Shown here one piece after another: positions 19,341-29,260 of a stretch of DNA of 64,000 nt. Position 1 is the first letter of the stretch, and each line of letters opens with the position of its first letter. The stretch comes from a phage, in NCBI GenBank assembly GCA_012401045.1, contig GCA_012401045.1_4704.2. One strand, written 5' to 3'. The notes under the pieces were generated by a model. The model was given only the letters and a program-made list of their open reading frames with translations. It was not told the origin of the DNA and searched no databases. A program made the translations under genes and the position numbers.

Positions 19341-19400
19341 GATAACAGTAACCGCTGTTATCACCTAGGTAATGTAGTCGCGAAATAAACTGGAGTAATG
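19341..19400 (-). promoter_or_regulatory. conserved promoter/operator-like cassette: 8-bp inverted repeat GATAACAG-N6-CTGTTATC followed by ACCTAGGTAATGTAGTCGCGAAATAAACTG
   Basis: About 60 nt block ~85% identical to 56566-56620; sits 35-95 nt upstream of CDS 18524-19306 start. Confidence 0.4.
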
Positions 19401-19413
19401 CGAAATAAGACAG

Positions 19414-19457
19414 CATAAGCCCTCTCCCAACCCGTAAGGGAAGGGAGAGGGAATATT
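19414..19457 (-). terminator. GC-rich extended stem-loop, family member d
   Basis: CATAAG-CCCTCTCCC-AA-CCC-GTAA-GGG-AA-GGGAGAGGG-AATATT; stop codon of upstream minus gene overlaps 3' flank. Confidence 0.5.
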
Positions 19458-20823
19458 AAACGGTTGGACGAACGGTGTTGTCTTTTTCTGGTGCAAGCCA
19501 TAACGTGACCGTACCATGGCATGTCCACTGTGGTTCACGTACAGAAGAACCTGCCATTGTAACAGCGCAATCGGTACGCATGATAACCCCGTATGCTTCG
19601 CAGAGATTGTTATCTTGCATCCACACAACTTTAGCAGGCATGCCGGGATACAACATATCCATGTTTGCGTATTCCCACACCAACTGCATTGTTCTACCGC
19701 GTAATCCAGCAGTATTACTTAATTCACGCCATCGGTTATCGGTTACGCGTCCCATCCCTTTCGCCACCTTCACGTTATCGCTACGTTCTTCAGTTACGTA
19801 CTCGCTAACGTTTACGGTACGACTGATTATCGTATCACCCCCTTTTGATAACGTCATTCCCTGACTCATCTGACTTGCCGAAACAAAACGCCCACCCGCA
19901 TTACCTAACAACGAAGCCGCGTTATTGATGTCGCTTACCGACGCCCCTCTCGTACATGCAATTTCCACGTATTTGTCACGATTGATCCAGGTCTTGTCCA
20001 TGCCCGGAAACATGTCGGCAGGATAGTTGTAAAAGATAGCCGTGCGCCGACCGTCAGAGAAACGGGTTTCGTCGTAGAGAGGATAAATATACAGATACGG
20101 AGATTGATAATAACAACCGACATCCGCTGAATAAATACCGACCTGGTTCTGGATTTTGTCTACGAGATCCATTGCGTTGGTGCCGTGCGGAAGAATAAGC
20201 AACTTGAACAGGTTGTCGTTATTCGGTGCAACAATATCCACGCCCTGCATTTTGAACCCGGTGTCGGCTTCAACCGCAGAAAGTATCTTGCTGAATTCGA
20301 GCCGTAACACATCCAGCACTTTCGACCCGGTATAGTTTTCACCGGTTTCTGATTGCATGAAGCTTTCAAGAACAGGATCGAACAGTTGAAATTGAAGATC
20401 GACCATTTGTTCGTAGTCTTTCTTCGAAGAATCGGTTGCGGTACGTTCGTCGTTAGCAGACATACGACTGTCTACGGTTGTTAAACAAACCGCTCGGTAG
20501 ACGTAAGCTTGTGCGGCATCGTCTACGGTTTGGCGTTGTCCGCGCATCAGGCTGTACGCCTGCACGATGATGCGCATTTTAAGTTGTTGTTGGTACGGTA
20601 GAATGTATTTTCCGTAACTGCCGGGCGGGAACTTTACAGAGATATAGAGTTCATCTCCAGCGTTACGTTCATAGTCTCGATACGTGTGGACTTGAGTCAC
20701 TAAAGGAACAGACACCGTCATTGACGGCGTGATTAATTCCGCGGTGACTTTATACGCAACAGCAACTGCTTCCTGCGCAAATGTACCGATATACCGTCCT
20801 AACGGCGTCTGTTTGTAATCCAT
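19456..20823 (-). CDS. hypothetical protein (455 aa), probable virion protein
   Basis: ORF track. Confidence 0.85.
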   Translation of the reverse strand: MDYKQTPLGRYIGTFAQEAVAVAYKVTAELITPSMTVSVPLVTQVHTYRDYERNAGDELYISVKFPPGSYGKYILPYQQQLKMRIIVQAYSLMRGQRQTVDDAAQAYVYRAVCLTTVDSRMSANDERTATDSSKKDYEQMVDLQFQLFDPVLESFMQSETGENYTGSKVLDVLRLEFSKILSAVEADTGFKMQGVDIVAPNNDNLFKLLILPHGTNAMDLVDKIQNQVGIYSADVGCYYQSPYLYIYPLYDETRFSDGRRTAIFYNYPADMFPGMDKTWINRDKYVEIACTRGASVSDINNAASLLGNAGGRFVSASQMSQGMTLSKGGDTIISRTVNVSEYVTEERSDNVKVAKGMGRVTDNRWRELSNTAGLRGRTMQLVWEYANMDMLYPGMPAKVVWMQDNNLCEAYGVIMRTDCAVTMAGSSVREPQWTCHGTVTLWLAPEKDNTVRPTV

Positions 20824-20825
20824 GT

Positions 20826-21431
20826 TTAACGACCCCGTTGCTGTTGTTGAATGATGAATTCTTCGATCTTCGTACCACGGAATTCGCTGTGACGAACCGC
20901 TTGCAGTTGCTCTTCAACGGTTGGGCCTGCATTGAGACCACCACGACGTGCGCGGTTGATGCCGATTTTACGGCGCTGACCGATTTCACGTAAACGTGAA
21001 GATAATCCGCTCATTTCGGTTGGGTCTTTAATGCGACCGCGTGCAACGTTCCACAGACCACCCATGAACTCTTCGAGAATACGACTGGCTTCGAGAGACG
21101 GTACGCGTGCGTTAGGATCGTTTTCGAGATTGTATTTAACGTATTCCGTGTGTTCCAGAAGAAGCATGAACATCTTCATGGCGTTCACGTCAGGATTTGC
21201 AATACGCATAGGAACACCACGAGAATGTTTTTCAGCAGCCTGCGGTACGGTAAGCTGTGCGGGCACCTCTTCGTTCATGGCCATATCGTCGATTTCTGCA
21301 ACCCCTGAAGAGTAGACGCCGCTGACCTCATTGGTGTAATTGTCCACCATGAATTTACGGGGAATCCAGAATTCGAATTTACGTTCAAATAGACGTTTGG
21401 TTGGGGTATCTTTAACGTGTTGTAGACTCAT
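20826..21431 (-). CDS. hypothetical protein (201 aa)
   Basis: ORF track; 3-nt gap to upstream gene. Confidence 0.8.
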   Translation of the reverse strand: MSLQHVKDTPTKRLFERKFEFWIPRKFMVDNYTNEVSGVYSSGVAEIDDMAMNEEVPAQLTVPQAAEKHSRGVPMRIANPDVNAMKMFMLLLEHTEYVKYNLENDPNARVPSLEASRILEEFMGGLWNVARGRIKDPTEMSGLSSRLREIGQRRKIGINRARRGGLNAGPTVEEQLQAVRHSEFRGTKIEEFIIQQQQRGR

Positions 21432-22744
21432 GGTTCAATAGCTCCTGCTCGTAACAGCATAATAACGAACGGTGTGAAATAATAACGATCCAGCGGAGAA
21501 AGCAACGGTATTGCGTCAACCATCTGTTTCAGTGCCGGATGGCTGATCGCTTTCTCATCGACCATATCACGTACCATACTCTCAATAATCGTCATTGGGG
21601 CTTGGTTGCGGTAGAAAGCCTCTGTGAAAACATAGTACGGATCGTCTGCTACCGATGGAAACAACGGAACGCCGTCATACTCCATCGATGTAAGGTTGGT
21701 CACCAACGGATTTGTCGGTGGTGTGTTTTCAGGTACAGCCAACTCTTTACCGACGTCTTCACCGAGCGACGTGGTCGCAGGCCACATACAGAATCGCGCC
21801 CCGCTAAAACGAATCCCACCTGCAGCCGGGTACTGATAGAAACGCTTTGTTGACAACAGTGTGAATTTCACCGTCAACCGCGCCTCGTCTTCCCGACGTC
21901 CGTCCATTACCCATTCAAAGACAGAAATCGCATTCGCTTCCTGGCTGTCGTCTACGTTAAGACGTCCGAAGTTCCATGAAGGTTTTCCTTCAAGCGACGA
22001 CCATAATTTCGTAAACGCGTTAACACACCAGGGATCGTAGGTTGCCGCATCCTGACCAGGAACAAGTAGTGTGTTTAATTCACGGCTGTAAAATTCGTGG
22101 TAATACGCATGACAAAGTCCCAGCGCACGACGGAGATAATCATACTTACGATTGTATTTCTCCGTTGCCATTACGGGATGTTTTCCGTGCTTCAACTGGT
22201 CTTGGTCGTACAGTGTATCCTCAACGATTTTCGCTTCCAGTTCGATAAGCTGTTTTTCGTCAAGAATACGCTGGAAGGAAATATCGCATTCGTAAGCCGG
22301 TGCTAAGCTAATGTTCTTCGGCGTGATTCGGGTGATCGTGTACACCGCGATACGATGATCGAGACCGGAGATTAACAGCATGTTACCTAAAAGAGGAACC
22401 GATACCGCCGGAAGTATACACGTACCCTCGGATTGAAAACGTGCGGTCCCGTTGTCGTACGATGGCGTCAATGACGACATTAACTTGATAGGGTAATGTC
22501 TGATGCGACGGTACTGCTGTTCAGCGATATCGCGGTTAGCTTGAAAACTGCTTTGTTCATCATCGCGACCGAGAATCTGTTCGTAATAATCACATTCTAC
22601 GGAATAACCGGATGCGTAATTCACTAACCCGATTTGACTATTGTATTGCTCATCCACCACCGCAGAACGATAAACATCGTCGCGAGCCTTCGCGGGTTGT
22701 TGGGGGTTGATGATGGGTTTCGCGGGCTTCTTAGCGAGCGCCAT
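21428..22744 (-). CDS. hypothetical protein (438 aa)
   Basis: ORF track; 4-nt overlap with downstream gene. Confidence 0.85.
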   Translation of the reverse strand: MALAKKPAKPIINPQQPAKARDDVYRSAVVDEQYNSQIGLVNYASGYSVECDYYEQILGRDDEQSSFQANRDIAEQQYRRIRHYPIKLMSSLTPSYDNGTARFQSEGTCILPAVSVPLLGNMLLISGLDHRIAVYTITRITPKNISLAPAYECDISFQRILDEKQLIELEAKIVEDTLYDQDQLKHGKHPVMATEKYNRKYDYLRRALGLCHAYYHEFYSRELNTLLVPGQDAATYDPWCVNAFTKLWSSLEGKPSWNFGRLNVDDSQEANAISVFEWVMDGRREDEARLTVKFTLLSTKRFYQYPAAGGIRFSGARFCMWPATTSLGEDVGKELAVPENTPPTNPLVTNLTSMEYDGVPLFPSVADDPYYVFTEAFYRNQAPMTIIESMVRDMVDEKAISHPALKQMVDAIPLLSPLDRYYFTPFVIMLLRAGAIEP

Positions 22745-24296
22745 AGCGTTTCACTCCTACGATGGTACCGACAAGAATTCTCGGTACGAATAAACTACGA
22801 TGTTTGAACCATGAAGCGGTTGTTGGGATACGTTTGATGGCTTCGATAAGCCCGATTAGCGTATAGCATCCCCGACTGTTCTTCTTAGGCCAGTACTTTT
22901 TATCTAGACCTAATACTGCAAACAGCTCATCCACCAGATTGGGATAACAACACAATGCTTCAAGTGTTTCAACCTGTAACTGACTTAAATCTAACAGTAT
23001 CGCTAGACGAACGTGGTAATCACTCCGTAAGTCTAACGGATCTTTCGCTTCAAGATCACCAACGTCGGTTAATGTCCACGCGTCTCTTGCGTAGCGGTAT
23101 TTACCCTTCCAAACCTCAAGGAAAAAAGGAGATTGGTAATGACATTTTGACCATTCTGGGTACTCACGGAACCACCGAACAAGATCGGGATGGAATTCAC
23201 CTTCTTCGGCTAACGAGTCCAACGTCACCAACAGGTTAGGTTGTTCAGGATCGATGGCAAGCAGCGCGGTGAAAAGCGTGCTTGATGGAAGTTCGGTTTC
23301 CACACTTGATGGCGGTAGCCATTCATCCAGATCAGGATACCGATACGCTTGAATCGACTCACCCTGCTCGGGCAAGAACGAATCACGAAGAATGTCCTGA
23401 TACTGCACCACCATACCACCACGACGCGCACGGGATTTATCGCGCACCGAGAGGCTCGGTTTGTAAAGGTACTCTTCGGGGAGTATCTGTTGGTGTACTT
23501 GAACAGGATACCGTGCTACGATATGTGTTGGCGTGTCGTACGTGTAACGGTAAGAGAAGGTTGCGTTGTACGAAGAACTGTTCTCATTCTTCTCTGGCTT
23601 CGGAGCGTCGGTGAAATCAAATTGACCAGAGATCTCTTCTTGCATTTCCCTGATAACCAATTTAACGCTCTTACCGTCACCGGCAACTGTCGTCATGGTG
23701 GTTGCGCGGTTGTCGAACCCGTCTCTAAGGTATTCGCTGAACTTATCCCCGTAACCCGCTATTGCTTCCCGGTGTGTATGAATAACTTTTAACAACATGA
23801 GAAACTGTGTTGGGATCGCATAGCTGTATTCGGCGCTAAGGAAGGCAGCGACATGCTGACTTGTGAGCAACCGTTTCATGTCGTACCACCAACGTTCGGC
23901 AGTGACCTGATCTTCGAACCGTTTGGTGATCTGCATGGTTGCAACCATCGTACTGTAAACAGGTACTAACGATACGCCAAGGTTACGGTCTTCAAATACG
24001 GGAAGACTGTTTCGTTTGTAAACGGTATCGTACATAGAGGCCTGTTCTTCAGGGACAATGTTAAGCTCAATTTGGATAAACCCGTCAGCAGGCCCCTTTA
24101 CATCCTGATCAACAACTTGCGGCGGTTGCTCGTTCGCAGCACTCATTTTAGCGTGAAGAGCTTCCCCTCGAAAAAGAATGTTCTCCCGACTATAATCCCA
24201 CCCGCAAAGCTCGCTGATCTGCCGTAACACCGCGATTGCAACCGGACGTGTTACCGTCGCGTATACGTCATTGATTTTTCGATCAAGTTTAGGCAT
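22731..24296 (-). CDS. hypothetical protein (~521 aa)
   Basis: ORF track; start moved to ATG (MPKLDRK) preceded by GAGGA; overlaps stop of upstream gene. Confidence 0.85.
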   Translation of the reverse strand: MPKLDRKINDVYATVTRPVAIAVLRQISELCGWDYSRENILFRGEALHAKMSAANEQPPQVVDQDVKGPADGFIQIELNIVPEEQASMYDTVYKRNSLPVFEDRNLGVSLVPVYSTMVATMQITKRFEDQVTAERWWYDMKRLLTSQHVAAFLSAEYSYAIPTQFLMLLKVIHTHREAIAGYGDKFSEYLRDGFDNRATTMTTVAGDGKSVKLVIREMQEEISGQFDFTDAPKPEKNENSSSYNATFSYRYTYDTPTHIVARYPVQVHQQILPEEYLYKPSLSVRDKSRARRGGMVVQYQDILRDSFLPEQGESIQAYRYPDLDEWLPPSSVETELPSSTLFTALLAIDPEQPNLLVTLDSLAEEGEFHPDLVRWFREYPEWSKCHYQSPFFLEVWKGKYRYARDAWTLTDVGDLEAKDPLDLRSDYHVRLAILLDLSQLQVETLEALCCYPNLVDELFAVLGLDKKYWPKKNSRGCYTLIGLIEAIKRIPTTASWFKHRSLFVPRILVGTIVGVKRYGAR

Positions 24297-24672
24297 CGAT
24301 GTCGTCCTCGCTAATTTCCTCACCTCCTTGTTGTCGATATCCGGTATAATGAATCAGACTGCTCTGTAGAAGCTCTTTAACGAGCCCTAGACGCGTTTTA
24401 TCTGTTTCATTGGACGTTTCCATTAATGTTTCTATTTCGTTGTTTAAAACAGCGTATAGCGCTTCTAACGGCAATCCTTGGATGATTGGTTTGATGGTAC
24501 CTTCCGGTAGTGCCGCAACAGGAATCTGCACGACGGTTTCGTGTGCGGTATGTGGGTTAATACGGCAAATATACATACCGGGTACTGAATGTCGCGGGCA
24601 CGCCGCTACCAAGCATGTCTGTTGCTGCGCACCGTTAAGTGCGAGTGAAAGAAATTTTGCTTCACGTGTCAT
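24289..24672 (-). CDS. hypothetical protein (127 aa)
   Basis: ORF track. Confidence 0.7.
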   Translation of the reverse strand: MTREAKFLSLALNGAQQQTCLVAACPRHSVPGMYICRINPHTAHETVVQIPVAALPEGTIKPIIQGLPLEALYAVLNNEIETLMETSNETDKTRLGLVKELLQSSLIHYTGYRQQGGEEISEDDIDA

Positions 24673-24718
24673 CGCAGATTCCTGTTTGAAAGATAAGATA
24701 TCACATGATGGTCGACAG

Positions 24719-24752
24719 CATAAAGCCCACCCCGAAGGGCGGGCTGTTTATG
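24719..24752 (-). terminator. GC-rich stem-loop, family member m (diverged: GCCC-A-CCC-CGAA-GGG-C-GGGC)
   Basis: CATAAA before and TGTTTATG after the stem; directly 3' of the 1125-aa gene. Confidence 0.45.
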
Positions 24753-24760
24753 CGTACGGA

Positions 24761-27700
24761 TTACTTGTAGGCACCGCAATGGGCTTTGATGAGGAAAAGC
24801 ACCGCTTGCATCGGTTTATTGAACTGTTGCCATAACGTCAATGCCGGATGGAACAACCAATCTTCCAGGCCGAGAACAATACCGTAGTTAACGACATTAT
24901 TAACATCGTTCTCAACGTTGAGTTCGCTATCCAGGAATTTATCGATTGAACGCAGGGTCTGCATGGCGTTGTCAGCAATAAGCCAAGCTTCATGTGCTTC
25001 ACGAGCCGCACGCAGCACTGCCTCCAGTTCGCTGATAGTAGCTACCGGTAATTCCTCACTGGTGAGGTCGTCAGAAACCGTAAACTGGCGATTGATACCG
25101 GTGTAGATCCACTGCATCAGTTTCGCTGCTTCCTCGTTCGGGTTGTTACGCGTTGTCGCATAAGTCGCGCTCACCTTCACGATGTGCGTTTCACCAAGAT
25201 ACGCTTTGGACCCAACACCTTTACGATCGCTGTCTTTCCACGGTTGTACGGTAGCGACCATGAGCTTATCCCATTTCTGAATAGGAATACGCTTCAGACC
25301 AACAACCGATCCAGCGGATGTTTCGGACTGGTTGCTCTTCCGCACGTCGCTGAGCTCACGATCGATCGCAACGATTAATTCACGCGTCATGTTACCAAGC
25401 ATTTTGATTTCACCCAACGCAGCGATGAGCTTCTTCACATCGGTAACAGGTTCACCACCGATGGTAAGATGACGGATGAAACGTTTCAGAATAATCCGTT
25501 CTGCTGCTGGGTTACCGCGCCGCGCTTTGGCCAACGCTTGCTGTGTTTCGGCGAACAGCTTATCCCATGGAGCCGTAGCGGCGGTATAGTAACGATGGTT
25601 GGTTTCAATCCAGTTACCGATACGGTTGACCGCGGTCTTAACGGTATCCATGAATCCTTCCATCGCAATTTCGGTAGCTTCGACGTTACCCTGGAAGTTA
25701 TCAGGACCGATCTCGCGTGCCGCTACCAGAATACCTTCCACCGCGCTCACCGCGTGGCGACCGATAGCCAGATTTCGCTGCGCTTCTTCAGCACGCTCAA
25801 CGAATTCCACCACCGCAGGATCGTCAACGATTTCCACCTCAGCAACAACACGAGTACCAGCATCGCCTTCCAGTGTTTCGATGGTGACAACAGGATCGTT
25901 TTCACCAGCAACATCCTGGTATTCTTCCTGTTTGAGATCGCCGTTATCAGCCGCTGCGACAGCGGTGAGTATACGAATGGTAACATCGCCGAGTTCTTTT
26001 GCAGCGAATCCGTAAACGGTGCATGCGGTCGTTGCAAAGTTCATCAGGGTACGTGTGCGCTGCGTGACGTAGCGTGCGCCCGATTCGTTTTCCACTTTGT
26101 CTAGATCGCGGAGTAACTGCTCAGCCGTCTCCTGAAGTTGAGTAGCTGCTTTCAGGAGGTCTTCGTCAAACAGTTTTGTTGATGCATCGATCAGCATTTC
26201 AACGCTAACGTTGGGCGGTACAGCATCATCCTGCTGTTTCATGGCGCTAAGTTCGTAACGGAACTCACGAATGCCGTTTAACGCGTCGTCGATAGAATAT
26301 CCGAACGCTTTCACGCCCGCCATTCCAAGAGCTGCTTTCATTTCAGCTGGATGCTGAACTTGCTCGCCTTCCTTGCTGTTCTTTAACTCATCGAAATATT
26401 TCTTCGACGCGTCCGCAATACGTTTACTGTCTTTAACCGCATTTACGATCTTATCGACAGATTTCGAGTCGTTTGCGAGCAGCGTATCCAGTTTATTCCA
26501 CTCAACGTCAACCTTCTTGGTGTCGCTCGGCGGAGGAAGCAGTTTCATCACTGGTGCTGTGCGTTGTTCTTTGGTCAGCTTGTTGGCCTTCTCTTCGATT
26601 TTTTTCTTATTAACACCAAAGAGATTTTTCAAACGCGCCACGAGGGCTTTTAAGAACTTCGCGACCGCTTCGTAAACCGATTTCAGAATCTGTTTAAAGC
26701 GACCCGGCTGCTTTTCCCCGTCTTCCAGATTGAGATCGCTGTTCAGTGCGACATCAAGCTGTTTGTACGATTCCATGATGTATTCGTCTTTGATTTCAGG
26801 ACGAATCTCGAAGCTTTCCATCGGACCTTCAGCCGGACGGAATTCCATTTTCAGTTCGCCTTGCAGGGTAGGGTCGACAATGGCGATCGCTTCACCCTGA
26901 CCATCAGCGTTAAAGCGTTCAGCGTAACGAGTACGGCGAACAATAACACTCTTACCCCCGTCAAGACGACGTACCACCATGGTGCCAGGAATGTACGGTT
27001 GTTCTGTTTCAATGACGGTTACATCTGTTTCACCCTCACCGAGAATAACAGATGCACGCTGTTCAACAACAGGAACATCTAATACACCACGGGCTTCCAG
27101 CTCTTGATGAATTTCGAACGACTCTTGTTTCAGATCTTCATCTTCTTCGTTTTCGTCGTCTTCATCATCGCCACCTTTGGTGTTTTCATCACCCTTGGTG
27201 GTTGTGTCGTCGGTGGCACCAGCGTCAGCGTCGGTGTTAGCAGGTTCTTCGGACGCAGGTTCGGTGGTGTTGTCCTCCGTGGACGACCCGTCAGTGTTAT
27301 CGACATCAACATCACCTTGCAGTTCTGTTTCCTGAGCAACTGCTTCGGCTTTCTGCTCGCCGGTATTGCCGTCATTAGCGTCAACGACAGGTTGTTCGTC
27401 AGCGACGGTATCTTCAACCTTTTCTACTTTCTCCACGACACGTTTAATCACGGTGACTTTGATGGGTTCTTCCGTCGTTTTGGTTTCTGGCGTCGCCTCG
27501 GCTACCTCAGCTGCTGTTTCAGCAACAGGTTCTGCTTTTTCCGGTTCGACGACATTGCCTTTAACACCTTCGGTGGTTTCTGCAGGTTGCGTCGCCTGTT
27601 CGATTTGTGCCGGATTGGTTGGATCGATGGCGTTAGCCGCATCCTGAATCTTGTTCTTCAGGTTGTCGCGGTCAGCGTTAACGGTCGGGTCGTTGGTCAC

Positions 27701-28138
27701 TTTCGGTGCCGGTGTTTCGGTCGGTGCGTTTGCCGGATACGGGTTCTTCGGCTCTTCGCCAGGTGCGGTCGGTACCGCGATCAGAACGAACGGTTGAACA
27801 TCGTTACCGTCTTCCATGGTTACGCCACCGTTGCTCGGTGTGAAACGAATTCGTAAACTACCATCAATAGGACGGGTCACAATAACAGCACGTACGACAT
27901 CCTCACCGTTCTCATCCGTGCTACGAATCACACGAACAGCGTCATCAACGGTAGCCCCTTCCTCGAGCGTATCTGATTCGATCGTCGCTTCGATGCTGTC
28001 TGGCCGTGCCGCTGTAGGTAATGCGATCACTTGCTCTTCTTTATCAGTAGAAAGCGTTGCTTTGACTTCGATAGGTGTATCGCCGCTTTCCAGGTTAAGA
28101 TGCGACTTACGCATCAGATCAGCTAACGATTTTTTCAT
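24761..28138 (-). CDS. large virion-type protein (1125 aa) with acidic Thr/Glu/Asp-rich low-complexity segment; member of EGF-helix paralog family
   Basis: ORF track; AAGAGGAA RBS; motif EATEIAMEGFMDTVKTAVNRIGNWI shared with paralogs. Confidence 0.9.
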   Translation of the reverse strand: MKKSLADLMRKSHLNLESGDTPIEVKATLSTDKEEQVIALPTAARPDSIEATIESDTLEEGATVDDAVRVIRSTDENGEDVVRAVIVTRPIDGSLRIRFTPSNGGVTMEDGNDVQPFVLIAVPTAPGEEPKNPYPANAPTETPAPKVTNDPTVNADRDNLKNKIQDAANAIDPTNPAQIEQATQPAETTEGVKGNVVEPEKAEPVAETAAEVAEATPETKTTEEPIKVTVIKRVVEKVEKVEDTVADEQPVVDANDGNTGEQKAEAVAQETELQGDVDVDNTDGSSTEDNTTEPASEEPANTDADAGATDDTTTKGDENTKGGDDEDDENEEDEDLKQESFEIHQELEARGVLDVPVVEQRASVILGEGETDVTVIETEQPYIPGTMVVRRLDGGKSVIVRRTRYAERFNADGQGEAIAIVDPTLQGELKMEFRPAEGPMESFEIRPEIKDEYIMESYKQLDVALNSDLNLEDGEKQPGRFKQILKSVYEAVAKFLKALVARLKNLFGVNKKKIEEKANKLTKEQRTAPVMKLLPPPSDTKKVDVEWNKLDTLLANDSKSVDKIVNAVKDSKRIADASKKYFDELKNSKEGEQVQHPAEMKAALGMAGVKAFGYSIDDALNGIREFRYELSAMKQQDDAVPPNVSVEMLIDASTKLFDEDLLKAATQLQETAEQLLRDLDKVENESGARYVTQRTRTLMNFATTACTVYGFAAKELGDVTIRILTAVAAADNGDLKQEEYQDVAGENDPVVTIETLEGDAGTRVVAEVEIVDDPAVVEFVERAEEAQRNLAIGRHAVSAVEGILVAAREIGPDNFQGNVEATEIAMEGFMDTVKTAVNRIGNWIETNHRYYTAATAPWDKLFAETQQALAKARRGNPAAERIILKRFIRHLTIGGEPVTDVKKLIAALGEIKMLGNMTRELIVAIDRELSDVRKSNQSETSAGSVVGLKRIPIQKWDKLMVATVQPWKDSDRKGVGSKAYLGETHIVKVSATYATTRNNPNEEAAKLMQWIYTGINRQFTVSDDLTSEELPVATISELEAVLRAAREAHEAWLIADNAMQTLRSIDKFLDSELNVENDVNNVVNYGIVLGLEDWLFHPALTLWQQFNKPMQAVLFLIKAHCGAYK

Positions 28139-28153
28139 AAAGCGTTATTCCTC

Positions 28154-29260
28154 TTAAAAGTAATATTTCAGCGCCTCGCGAGAGACATCAAGCATAGCCG
28201 CTGTTGAATTCGTAAAGAACTCGGCATAGCCCACAAGCGGCACCTTGATCCACGCGGTATACGCTGTAAGGTATCGAGAAAGGGCTACCATAGCATCATC
28301 AGAAGCAGTAGTAACTGACAACTGACCTTGTTGACGATAAACGTCGTTAAGTTTTGCTTGTAGATTCCCTGCGATTTCGAGTAACTCGTTGGCGTACTTT
28401 TTACGATGGTAACTAACCAGTAAATCAACACCCGTATTTACCGACTCGAGTAGCACACCAACTTGTTCTAATGTTGGCATTGTAACCACCATATCCCGTT
28501 CAACGGACGGTACATCCTGGACTTCAAACCGTGCGGATTGAATAGCGAGGGACTGTTGAATTGAACCAGAACCTGAGGTGGTAACCTGATCGAGTCGTAG
28601 CGTACGGTTACCCAGTAACGTTACATTGACGAGTCTCGATTCGTTCAGCGTACTGTAGACTTTATGCAATAACGTATACGCGTCACGGTTAATCACATCG
28701 ATTAATGCGGTATCCGTCTGTTTTAAGATAATGTCGAGCGCTCTATCTAACGTATTAGCGAACTGTTTGAAATCATCACGGAACGACGAAGACAAGAGAT
28801 ATTCAGCGATTGCCAAATTCTGTTTGTATAACGTATTCCCAGTTGTGAAGTCGAATCCAAAACTGTTCCCATACCGTAGGTGCGGTGCCAGCGTTGACGA
28901 AGCTTCGAAGCTTTGCGCGATGGGTTTACGACCAACGGCTTTTGTGTAGTGACGGCGGATGTTGCTGAGTTCGAGCTGTAGTGCGCGACTACGATCGATA
29001 AACCGGGCGATAAACGCAGTGATGTTCCGCAACGTTGTCCAGATTGCATCGATGATGGCTTTGATGATTTTCATCGCAAGCTGATTGTACGATTCCATCG
29101 TGAGGAGATCAGCACTTTCCGTGGTATAACTGGTTGTCGGAATACCGCCCGCTTGCTGATAAATGAGCTGGTGAATTTGTCGTTGCGTTGCTGTCTCTGG
29201 CACAGGTAATTTTTTTAACAAGCTTAACGCTTGAATCTGTCCATCATAGGTCTGCAGCAT
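28154..29260 (-). CDS. paralogous virion protein family member (~368 aa)
   Basis: ORF track; start moved to ATG (MLQTYDG) after GAGGAAA; weak family motif. Confidence 0.8.
   Translation of the reverse strand: MLQTYDGQIQALSLLKKLPVPETATQRQIHQLIYQQAGGIPTTSYTTESADLLTMESYNQLAMKIIKAIIDAIWTTLRNITAFIARFIDRSRALQLELSNIRRHYTKAVGRKPIAQSFEASSTLAPHLRYGNSFGFDFTTGNTLYKQNLAIAEYLLSSSFRDDFKQFANTLDRALDIILKQTDTALIDVINRDAYTLLHKVYSTLNESRLVNVTLLGNRTLRLDQVTTSGSGSIQQSLAIQSARFEVQDVPSVERDMVVTMPTLEQVGVLLESVNTGVDLLVSYHRKKYANELLEIAGNLQAKLNDVYRQQGQLSVTTASDDAMVALSRYLTAYTAWIKVPLVGYAEFFTNSTAAMLDVSREALKYYF

Noticed and set aside
19341-19362. LexA (SOS) box in the operator-like palindrome
   Set aside because: Half-sites are ACAG-N6-CTGT, the inverse of the LexA CTGT-N8-ACAG arrangement, with the wrong spacing
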